Positions 1 through 6,539 of a DNA stretch of 36,794 bases are shown here, piece by piece. The notes beneath the pieces are model-generated. The model was not told the DNA's origin. It did no database searches and saw only the letters and a list, made by a program, of their open reading frames with translations. The position numbers and the translations under genes were made by a program. The stretch's first letter is position 1, and each line of letters begins with the position of its first letter. The stretch comes from a virus: positions 1 through 36,794 of the IMG/VR virus record IMGVR_UViG_3300045988_183576. One strand, given 5' to 3'.

Positions 1-119
1 ATTTATGAGCGATTTGGACGAGATTATTTTGGCTGATAAATTGGTAAAAAAATACAACATGTTTTTTTCTCGTTGCGATTATCTGTGCGACACCGACTCC
101 ACATTGATTATGTCTGAGC
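1..119. repeat. Left copy of the 119-bp terminal overlap (identical to 36676-36794)
   Basis: Direct base-by-base comparison of both ends: ATTTATGAGCGATTTGGACG...ATTATGTCTGAGC. Confidence 0.95.
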
Positions 120-130
120 AGGGCAAATAA
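2..130 (+). CDS. 3' part of the junction-spanning 125-aa hypothetical protein (same gene as 36428..36794)
   Basis: With 36676 equated to base 1, the frame opened at ATG 36428 continues from base 2 (FMSDLDEIILADKLVKKYNMFFSRCDYLCDTDSTLIMSEQGK) to TAA at 128-130. Confidence 0.65.
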   Translation, partial: FMSDLDEIILADKLVKKYNMFFSRCDYLCDTDSTLIMSEQGK

Positions 131-152
131 GTTAAGGCAGGCTGGTGATAGT

Positions 153-344
153 ATGGACAATCAATATACAGTTAGGTCAACGATTAGACAGCTACGCGCC
201 TCTACGGGGCTATCGCAAAGTAAATTCGCTTTGCTTGTTCACGTACCTGTTGCCACTATCCAGACTTGGGAGCAAGGGACGAGAAAGCCACCCGAATATA
301 TTCTCTTTCTGATTGAACAGTATCTTAAATCTTTGCAAAAGTAA
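153..344 (+). CDS. Small XRE-family helix-turn-helix protein (antitoxin-like or Aca-like autoregulator)
   Basis: 63 aa. The stretch IRQLRASTGLSQSKFALLVHVPVATIQTWEQGTRKPPEYI matches the HTH_3 signature with the WEQG.R.P tail seen in HigA/MqsA-type antitoxins and small phage regulators. It starts 22 nt after the upstream ORF. Confidence 0.75.
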   Translation: MDNQYTVRSTIRQLRASTGLSQSKFALLVHVPVATIQTWEQGTRKPPEYILFLIEQYLKSLQK

Positions 345-348
345 TATT

Positions 349-388
349 AAAAGGAGCAGATTTTTTCGTCTGCTCCTTTGTTTGTTTT
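349..388. terminator. Bidirectional rho-independent terminator shared by convergent transcription units
   Basis: 9-bp stem AGGAGCAGA (352-360) / TCTGCTCCT (369-377) with an 8-nt loop. TTGTTTGTTTT follows on the plus strand and TTTTAATATT on the minus strand. Confidence 0.75.
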
Positions 389-524
389 AGTTATCTTTTT
401 TATTATCTTTTTTGTCTTCTTTTTTGTCGTCTTTGTCGGCGGATGTTACCAAAAGAATAGTACAAACATAAAAAGCTACCAACGCAATTCCGGTAAATAT
501 GTACGCCAATAAACCTGCCGTCAT
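387..524 (-). CDS. 45-aa single-pass membrane peptide with highly charged C-tail (holin-like); below the ORF-track cutoff
   Basis: Hand translation gives MTAGLLAYIFTGIALVAFYVCTILLVTSADKDDKKEDKKDNKKDN. GGAG lies 10 nt upstream of ATG 524 and TAA is at 387-389. It follows the 66-aa gene directly and abuts the terminator. Confidence 0.5.
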   Translation of the reverse strand: MTAGLLAYIFTGIALVAFYVCTILLVTSADKDDKKEDKKDNKKDN

Positions 525-549
525 TCTTCTATTGCTCCTTTATGGTGTT

Positions 550-750
550 TTATTCGTAATTGAGGTAATCAATTGCCTCTTTGGCGTTGCTTATTCTTGC
601 TTCGCCGTCTTTTACAAGCACCACGAGAGGCAAGCCTACGCAAGGATTACCGGTATAAACGGGAATATACACCTCGTAACCGTTCCACGATTTGCCTTTT
701 TTATAAGACCTTGCGCCGAGTTCTTCGACGAGTGTTTTTATTTCATCCAT
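550..750 (-). CDS. Hypothetical protein (66 aa)
   Basis: ORF track. It overlaps the end of the upstream gene by 8 nt (coupled) and has no recognisable motif. Confidence 0.6.
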   Translation of the reverse strand: MDEIKTLVEELGARSYKKGKSWNGYEVYIPVYTGNPCVGLPLVVLVKDGEARISNAKEAIDYLNYE

Positions 751-1654
751 TTTTCTTTACTCCTTTCATGATTTTATCGCAGAATTTTTCATCGATTGTG
801 CAATCGGTCAAATCCATTTTTTTGAAACCATAACCACGAGATATGAACGAATATGCCGATTTGCCACTATACTTCGTGTTCGTTTGCGGGTCATATAAAT
901 ACGTCCCTTGTCCGTCGTTCATCATCAGGACGATATGTCCCGAACTTCTGCCTTTCCAAGCCCAACGCAAAGCATACGTCTTTCCGGGTTCGCTCATTAA
1001 CGAGCCGTCGCTACTTTCTTGCTTCGGGTGATTTCCGTCTTTATCGAGATAAGCAAGCGATACGTTATGCGATAGGTCTGCTATGTTTTTGTTGTTGAGG
1101 TTCGGCAATGCTTTTACATCGTAGCCGAGTTTTCGAGCAACAAATGTTGCCACGCAAGTTTGACAGTTGGTTACATAGCCGATTTGCTCCGTTCCATAGT
1201 ACGGATTTACGCTTCCGCTGTCCGCCTGTTCAAATGTCATCGGCTTACCTTTTGCGGCACCGGCAATCTTACCGTCCTCGTGAATATAATTTTTATCCGG
1301 ATTATGCTCAGGGTTTTTGAGTTGCGCTTTCTTGATTTCGGCACGTTTTTTCCACATGGCAACGCGCCCGGGGTTCTCTTTGCGCCACTTTTTATCTTTC
1401 TCGCGCTTTTCTTCTTTCAGGTGTTTGGCGTATTCTTCGTCAACATCTTCGACATATCCGCCGTTCTTTAATGCGTTCCAAGCGTCACGAGGTGTCCACC
1501 AATCCTGTATCTTTATGCCTTTTGCTTTGCACAGTGCGAACGGCAAACGAAGTGCTTTGTTTCCGCCGCCCTCGGGGTCGTTTTTGAAATCGTCGTCATC
1601 ATTGTTTTCGCCCATTCCGTCCATAAGTCCGGTCTTTTTGAACTCTTCCGCCAT
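743..1654 (-). CDS. Two-domain protein: novel N-terminal module (paralogous to 35633..36280) plus C-terminal papain-fold Cys-His domain (CHAP/NlpC-P60/Tox-PL-like)
   Basis: 303 aa from ATG 1654, with GGAG 8 nt upstream; the track start at 1699 lacks an RBS. Catalytic-type Cys lies at a helix start (TNCQTCVATFVARKLGY), followed by His in a beta-strand (SSGHIVLMM) and then Asp (YLYDPQ). Confidence 0.6.
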   Translation of the reverse strand: MAEEFKKTGLMDGMGENNDDDDFKNDPEGGGNKALRLPFALCKAKGIKIQDWWTPRDAWNALKNGGYVEDVDEEYAKHLKEEKREKDKKWRKENPGRVAMWKKRAEIKKAQLKNPEHNPDKNYIHEDGKIAGAAKGKPMTFEQADSGSVNPYYGTEQIGYVTNCQTCVATFVARKLGYDVKALPNLNNKNIADLSHNVSLAYLDKDGNHPKQESSDGSLMSEPGKTYALRWAWKGRSSGHIVLMMNDGQGTYLYDPQTNTKYSGKSAYSFISRGYGFKKMDLTDCTIDEKFCDKIMKGVKKNG

Positions 1655-1689
1655 AATGCTTCTCCATAACAAAAAAGCATTACCTTTGT

Positions 1690-1718
1690 ATTTTAACACA
1701 TATTTTACTATGTGTCAA
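1690..1718 (-). promoter_or_regulatory. Sigma-70-type promoter for the 743..1654 unit, with a palindrome in the spacer
   Basis: Minus strand reads TTGACA (1718-1713), 17 nt, TGtTAAAAT extended -10 (1698-1690). The palindrome ACACATA-N6-TATGTGT (1696-1715) overlaps the spacer and -35. A second extended -10, TGTTATAAT, lies at 1790-1782. Confidence 0.55.
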
Positions 1719-1802
1719 TGGTAACGCTTATCTTTTCGCAACTTTTTCTCTTTCGGTCGCTTTATATTTCTTCACGCTACCATTATAACACATATTTTCT
1801 CC

Positions 1803-1830
1803 AAAAAAGTGCAAACTTTTTGCACTTTTT
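1803..1830. terminator. Rho-independent terminator ending the early operon (usable in both directions)
   Basis: AAAAGTGCAAA (1805-1815) pairs with TTTGCACTTTT (1819-1829) around a 3-nt loop, with U-tracts on both strands. It lies 6 nt downstream of the stop at 1836. Confidence 0.7.
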
Positions 1831-1835
1831 ATGTT

Positions 1836-2027
1836 TTAAGGCGGTTTCGAGGTTTTTTCTTCCCTTTTGTTCGTCTGCTTCGGTAAAGTTATCTTTATGT
1901 ACACATCTCCCCTTTCCTTTGATTCTCTTTCCCAATTTTTACGCGCTTCTCGTGAAATGAGTAGATATTCTTCTCGTGAAAGGGGCTGATATTTTTTGAG
2001 AAATTCTTCCCACATAGAACTATTCAT
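1836..2027 (-). CDS. Hypothetical protein (63 aa)
   Basis: ORF track. It overlaps the upstream gene by 8 nt and is the last gene before the terminator. Confidence 0.6.
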   Translation of the reverse strand: MNSSMWEEFLKKYQPLSREEYLLISREARKNWERESKERGDVYIKITLPKQTNKREEKTSKPP

Positions 2028-2424
2028 CTTTAATCACTCCCAACTCGTACGCCCAACGCTCCGCCGTTATAAGCACTCTGTCAAGCCAATAGCAATACGT
2101 TCGTTCCGACACGTTAAGGTAACTTATGACGCTGTTTCGGGATATGTGATTGAAATACCGCAGTTTGATGAGTTTGTATTCATACTCGAAGCGGAACGTC
2201 GTGCAGGTCTTTTCAACCACTTCACACCACAGGTATTTTTTGTACTCTGCAAGCTTAACTCCCGATAACGCCGTCGGGTCGCTTATACCGCTCCCGTGAC
2301 CTAAATTCTCCAACACCGGGGATTTGGTCGAGCATAAGTCCGATATGTACTCCGCCGCTTCCATACGGTTTTTTTGATAGTCATAGAACGCCCTTTCAAT
2401 CTCTCTTCTTCTACCGTTGTCCAT
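2020..2424 (-). CDS. Putative late-gene transcriptional activator (RinA/ArpU-like, sigma region-4-like C-terminus)
   Basis: 134 aa. The N-terminus REIERAFYDYQKNR and the C-terminal HTH-like YLNVSERTYCYWLDRVLITAERWAYELG resemble RinA/ArpU-family regulators. Its position at the end of the early region is typical. Confidence 0.5.
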   Translation of the reverse strand: MDNGRRREIERAFYDYQKNRMEAAEYISDLCSTKSPVLENLGHGSGISDPTALSGVKLAEYKKYLWCEVVEKTCTTFRFEYEYKLIKLRYFNHISRNSVISYLNVSERTYCYWLDRVLITAERWAYELGVIKDE

Positions 2425-2596
2425 TTAACGCCTCCCGTAAACGTTTTAATTCGTCCGCCGTCATTTTTATGCGACTGTATTGTTTGTGTCCCTCATAACA
2501 CGTACCGCCACTTATCGAATTGAAGCAGTGCATTGTCAATCGATAAATACATTCGTTGCAATTTCGGAAACTCGTTTTTCTATGCGGCTTATTCAT
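2411..2596 (-). CDS. Hypothetical Cys-rich protein (61 aa)
   Basis: Start trimmed to ATG 2596 (GAGG 7 nt upstream, 8-nt overlap with the upstream stop). Sequence begins MNKPHRKTSFRNCNECIYRLTMHCF... Confidence 0.5.
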   Translation of the reverse strand: MNKPHRKTSFRNCNECIYRLTMHCFNSISGGTCYEGHKQYSRIKMTADELKRLREALNGQR

Positions 2597-2861
2597 TTTC
2601 GACCTCTTTAAGCCATTTATAGAAAACCTGCATAATGTACTCGGCAACGACATCGTTTTCAACCTCGTAGCAGAGCCTGTCCGCGAACTTTCTCGCGCCG
2701 GCGATTCGCTCGTTCTTGTTTTTCGTGTGCAACGCTTTCTTTAACCGCGCGTATCGCTTTTGTTGAAATTCGGCTTCCGAGCGTTCAATATCCAATTCTT
2801 GCAGTAAATCGGCTGTTTCTTGCTTATAGTAGCAATCTTTGCTGTTTTCACATATTTGCAT
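2589..2861 (-). CDS. Hypothetical protein (90 aa)
   Basis: ORF track, with a GGAGAGGAACA RBS immediately upstream of ATG 2861. Confidence 0.6.
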   Translation of the reverse strand: MQICENSKDCYYKQETADLLQELDIERSEAEFQQKRYARLKKALHTKNKNERIAGARKFADRLCYEVENDVVAEYIMQVFYKWLKEVENE

Positions 2862-2871
2862 TGTTCCTCTC

Positions 2872-3285
2872 CTATGCTACATCCGACGTCGGCAACGGAA
2901 TATACCACTTTATTTCCCACCGATACGGATTTGTCGAAATGTTTTCAGTCTGCTCAATCACGTAACAAACATTGTTTGCAATGCTGAAATAGTGCATTTG
3001 GTACGAGTTGGCACCCGTTTTTATCAAAATCCCGATTTCTTGCTGTCCTTGATAATCGTTTGAATAGGTTGTTTGCACCGAAAAATAGCCCTCTACCGAA
3101 TATAAAACCTTGTCCGAATACAGATTGACGAAAGTCATCTTTCGGTAAACGTCAAAGTTGTCTGCCTGCTTTTGGATATTATCCCGAACTGTCGTTGCTT
3201 TGTTACAACTCTCGGTCGCACAGGCGGACAATCCCAACAGCATTACACACATAATACATAAAATTATTGCTTTGAATTTTTTCAT
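2872..3285 (-). CDS. Phage-encoded lipoprotein (137 aa)
   Basis: N-terminus MKKFKAIILCIMCVMLLGLSAC has a Lys-rich n-region, a hydrophobic core and the lipobox L-S-A-C. ATGA overlap with the upstream gene. Confidence 0.75.
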   Translation of the reverse strand: MKKFKAIILCIMCVMLLGLSACATESCNKATTVRDNIQKQADNFDVYRKMTFVNLYSDKVLYSVEGYFSVQTTYSNDYQGQQEIGILIKTGANSYQMHYFSIANNVCYVIEQTENISTNPYRWEIKWYIPLPTSDVA

Positions 3286-3683
3286 TTCTCATACTCCTTT
3301 AATAATTCGTCAATTTGTTCTGACAATACAACTTTTTGAAAATGCTCATAATAATCAAAACTTGTTCCTGTTTTTTCTTTCAATTTTTCCGCAAACTCTT
3401 TGACGGCTTTCACTTGCACTTCGGACGTGAATTTCTGCAATGAAGCAATATAATTTTCACGCTCGGCAAGGGCTTGCCTTAAATGTGCGCATTGCTTCAA
3501 AATCGCATTATAATTGTCCGTCATTTTTCGGAGATTGGCTTTAACCTCAAGGAACTCTGTAGCGGTAGCTTCATACAGCTTTTGCCAATTGATTCCAGCT
3601 CTTACTGCTCCGCAGACCGTCGAACAGTCGGCGGCATCTCGTTCCGCTTGCGGAACAGGACAGATTTTACATATATCTTCCAT
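3282..3683 (-). CDS. Hypothetical protein (133 aa), Cys-rich N-terminus and helical C-terminus
   Basis: Start trimmed to ATG 3683 (MEDICKICPVP..., GAGAGG upstream). The track start at 3719 is a TTG codon. Confidence 0.55.
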   Translation of the reverse strand: MEDICKICPVPQAERDAADCSTVCGAVRAGINWQKLYEATATEFLEVKANLRKMTDNYNAILKQCAHLRQALAERENYIASLQKFTSEVQVKAVKEFAEKLKEKTGTSFDYYEHFQKVVLSEQIDELLKEYEK

Positions 3684-3742
3684 TTTTCTTGACCTCTCTT
3701 TTTTGTAATTTTTCCTCAAAAATTTTTTTCATGACTATCCCC

Positions 3743-3841
3743 TTATAAAATACCCGCTCTGTGGAACTCAAGCAGTACACATAGCAAACCTGTGACAACG
3801 CAGATGATTCCTAAGCCCAACGTTTTCTTCCATGTTTTCAT
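3743..3841 (-). CDS. 32-aa membrane micro-protein (untracked)
   Basis: Hand translation gives MKTWKKTLGLGIICVVTGLLCVLLEFHRAGIL. ATGA overlap with the stop of 3838..4473; TAA at 3743-3745. Confidence 0.4.
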   Translation of the reverse strand: MKTWKKTLGLGIICVVTGLLCVLLEFHRAGIL

Positions 3842-4473
3842 AGCAATATCTCCTCAACATACATCCACGATTGTGGCGGACGGGTTAGTTTTTTAACGGC
3901 ATAATCCTTACCGTAACCATTCTCTTTGTAAAAACAGTTGTCGCATAATTTGCATTTACTTTCAGGGATATTGCACTTCGCATAAAACAGGCTCAACTCT
4001 TTCGATTTGTCGTAAATCTTTAAGTCGGAGATGTGCCAGCCGTAAATATTATTTTTATCTGACCTGCTCCCCACATAATCTTGAAATTCTTTGAACGATA
4101 ACGCTGTTTTTTGTAAAACGGTCGGTAAAATATCCGTCATATAATTTTCGGGGTTGCCGTTTGTATTGAAAAGCACTTCTACCTTATCGCAAATAAACTC
4201 GCCGATTACTCTACCGTTTAAGCCTTGATACTCGTCACCATCCGCCCAAAACTTAAAGCCGTCACTTATCTCGACTTTACCGTTTGCGAGCCATAACAAC
4301 TCGTCGCTTGTACTAATTGCCCCGCACTTATAAAACTTTTTGGGTTTTGTTGCGTAGATGTAAGCCTTAAACGGGACTTCTTTCGGTGCGGACTTACGGA
4401 CGAGAATTTTACATTGTCCACTTGCAATTTTCTCGCACCATTGCGGTTTGATTGATATTAAAACGCTTTTCAT
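3838..4473 (-). CDS. ASCH (PUA-like) domain protein
   Basis: N-terminus MKSVLISIKPQWCEKIASGQCKILVRK and the C-terminal RPPQSWMYV match the ASCH pattern common in phage early regions. Confidence 0.65.
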   Translation of the reverse strand: MKSVLISIKPQWCEKIASGQCKILVRKSAPKEVPFKAYIYATKPKKFYKCGAISTSDELLWLANGKVEISDGFKFWADGDEYQGLNGRVIGEFICDKVEVLFNTNGNPENYMTDILPTVLQKTALSFKEFQDYVGSRSDKNNIYGWHISDLKIYDKSKELSLFYAKCNIPESKCKLCDNCFYKENGYGKDYAVKKLTRPPQSWMYVEEILL

Positions 4474-4721
4474 TCTTCCACTCCTATTCTAAATTGACCA
4501 ACAAATTTATATTTAGTCAGTCTATTATATAATTCCCGTCCAAATTCTTGACTTCCAACAATTACAACTCTCGGTATATCAAAGAAATGCCATTTATCAC
4601 TTTCAATCTTTTCTGCTTTGTCTTGATGGTGTTCTAACAACCATTTTTTATCTTCTTCGGAGAATAAAACACAATACTCTCTTTCAATCTGCTCTATCGA
4701 TAAATTACCAAGATATATCAT
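4470..4721 (-). CDS. Hypothetical protein (83 aa)
   Basis: ORF track. ATGA-type overlaps on both sides. Confidence 0.6.
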   Translation of the reverse strand: MIYLGNLSIEQIEREYCVLFSEEDKKWLLEHHQDKAEKIESDKWHFFDIPRVVIVGSQEFGRELYNRLTKYKFVGQFRIGVEE

Positions 4722-4873
4722 TCTTTCGCCTCACTTTTAAGCCAACGAAGCCACGCCTTATAACATAGTCCGTCACACTTTCTAAGAGTACAATTCCCGC
4801 AATCCACCAAATTGGACAACCAAAGCGTAAAATCTTCTATACCCATATCCTTTATCTTTTCAAAATTTGTCAT
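4718..4873 (-). CDS. 51-aa Cys-rich protein (untracked), paralogue of 11078..11266
   Basis: Hand translation gives MTNFEKIKDMGIEDFTLWLSNLVDCGNCTLRKCDGLCYKAWLRWLKSEAKE. ATGA overlaps at both ends fill an otherwise empty 150-nt gap. Confidence 0.55.
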   Translation of the reverse strand: MTNFEKIKDMGIEDFTLWLSNLVDCGNCTLRKCDGLCYKAWLRWLKSEAKE

Positions 4874-5070
4874 TCTTCCACCCCCTGCTTATGATAAAGT
4901 TTTTTTATGTTTTCTATTACTCGTTCTTTAATCATTATGTATTCTTGGTCGGTACAAGCCATTGTTACAAATTCCGCGCAAGTTTTACACTCAATCTGTT
5001 TTTTATGAAAAAGTTTACTGACTTCTTCCGCAGTCATTTTATCAAGTTCTATTTCACTCATTTTAATCAC
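4870..5070 (-). CDS. Hypothetical protein (66 aa)
   Basis: ORF track, with a GAGGTGATTAAA RBS upstream of ATG 5070. Confidence 0.6.
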   Translation of the reverse strand: MIKMSEIELDKMTAEEVSKLFHKKQIECKTCAEFVTMACTDQEYIMIKERVIENIKKLYHKQGVEE

Positions 5071-5136
5071 CTCAATATTTAATAAAATCTTTGCCGTAAA
5101 GGCGGTTTAATTCTCTCAAATCTTCTTTGGTTCGCG

Positions 5137-6345
5137 TCATCCCAACACCTCTCGTATTTTTGTTCCCCAGTCATCGTTTCGGACTTGAAATGCGTCGCCC
5201 ATTTCGATAATATCGGGATAATTCGACATTGCGATTTTTATCGGATATTTATCGATTTCGTAGGCAATATATTTAACGTTCGTAAAGCCCATTTTTTCAA
5301 GGCAATAACGCCCGGTAGCAATGCCGTCGTACATCGATAACACAACAAGTTCCTCGTCTTTCGGCACGTTTTTTAATGCGTTAGACAGGATGTGTATAAT
5401 AACTTCTGCCGTCCACCCATTGCCGAGGGCTTTATAGGCTTGACTGTTTGAAACCGCTTTACAGTAGTTGTCGGGCATTGTTTGCAACCTTGCACATTCT
5501 GTTACCGAAAGTTTGCGAAAGTAATAATCTCCGTCGGGAAGTTTTACCGAATAATATTTCCCTTTTATTTCTACTTCGCCTTTTTTAACGTGATATATTC
5601 TTGCGTTTGTCCCGCATATATCGTTTTTGCTAACAACACAGTCAAAGGTTTGTTTATTTGGGTTGTTGCTGAAAAAACTCTCAATAATATGTTGTGTGCC
5701 TTTGTTGCTATACCCGGCAGTTACACATCTGCTCTTTGTTTTGCTTATCGGCTCTAAAATCAGATTATTTTCTACATAACTCCCGTTTGCCGTCAGCGTC
5801 GGGGCTTTTTTATGCTTAATGCCACCCACGTTATATCCGTGTCCACGCTGGAATATAACTCTTTCGGCTACCATTTCGTGACGATTTTTACTCAAAGTAT
5901 CTTCGGGAATAGCACCATTGCAACGTGTCGTTAAACAGTAACTCTTTTTATTACAACTCAAACTTTCACCGCTTTCTAAAATATCCGAAAGAAAAATGTT
6001 TCTATCAACAGGCAATTGAACCTCACCGCAATTATGCACATAAAAGCGTTGTCTGTTCTGCGCCGAAACTAATGCCGAATTTATCTCGATGTATCTTGAA
6101 CCGCTGTCGTCCATAAACATTGTGCCGTCCCATACGCGCAACTCTTCTTTTATTTGGTCTTTTATCGCTTTTGCCGCAGAAACATTGTTTTCGTAAAGAA
6201 AATAATCGGGTTTGAATTTTTCTTTCGCTATAAGATAATTTTTGAATAATTCCCAACCTATCCCGCTCGCTTCCGTTTCTCGGTTATTCTTTTGCGCTAT
6301 GCTCCAATATGTACAAGGCGAACCCCCGATTAAAAGTTTAATCAT
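5137..6345 (-). CDS. DNA (cytosine-5)-methyltransferase, circularly permuted (motif order IV-VI-VIII-TRD-IX-X-I-II-III)
   Basis: 402 aa from ATG 6345 (ATGA overlap with the upstream stop). Motifs in order: GGSPCTYWS (IV), YENNV (VI), QNRQR (VIII), LQTMPDNY (IX), GNGWTAEVI (X), then LSMYDGIATG (I), YEID (II), MGD (III) at the C-terminus. Confidence 0.85.
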   Translation of the reverse strand: MIKLLIGGSPCTYWSIAQKNNRETEASGIGWELFKNYLIAKEKFKPDYFLYENNVSAAKAIKDQIKEELRVWDGTMFMDDSGSRYIEINSALVSAQNRQRFYVHNCGEVQLPVDRNIFLSDILESGESLSCNKKSYCLTTRCNGAIPEDTLSKNRHEMVAERVIFQRGHGYNVGGIKHKKAPTLTANGSYVENNLILEPISKTKSRCVTAGYSNKGTQHIIESFFSNNPNKQTFDCVVSKNDICGTNARIYHVKKGEVEIKGKYYSVKLPDGDYYFRKLSVTECARLQTMPDNYCKAVSNSQAYKALGNGWTAEVIIHILSNALKNVPKDEELVVLSMYDGIATGRYCLEKMGFTNVKYIAYEIDKYPIKIAMSNYPDIIEMGDAFQVRNDDWGTKIREVLG

Positions 6346-6533
6346 CCTCTCATTGCCTCCCACACAGCCTCTTCGTCCGAGCAAATCACGAACACGTCGC
6401 CGTCCTTTTGCTGATATTTCTGATAATACCAACGTTTGACAAACCGCATATCCGCTATTGCTCGAACAGATAAAACCGTTCTAACTTTATCGCCGTTTTT
6501 TACGACGACCTTGTATATGTAACGTTTACTCAA
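6342..6533 (-). CDS. Hypothetical protein (63 aa)
   Basis: ORF track. Translationally coupled to the methyltransferase. Confidence 0.55.
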   Translation of the reverse strand: MSKRYIYKVVVKNGDKVRTVLSVRAIADMRFVKRWYYQKYQQKDGDVFVICSDEEAVWEAMRG

Positions 6534-6539
6534 ACTATT

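Noticed and set aside
5072-5140. 22-aa ORF (MTRTKEDLRELNRLYGKDFIKY) with an ATGA overlap on the methyltransferase stop.
   Set aside because: It is too short to support from sequence alone and has no distinctive feature. It may be real but is unsupported.
5482-6256. ORFs inside or antisense to the methyltransferase gene (5482..5757 +, 5925..6116 +, 6032..6256 -).
   Set aside because: They are embedded in a gene with unambiguous catalytic motifs in another frame.
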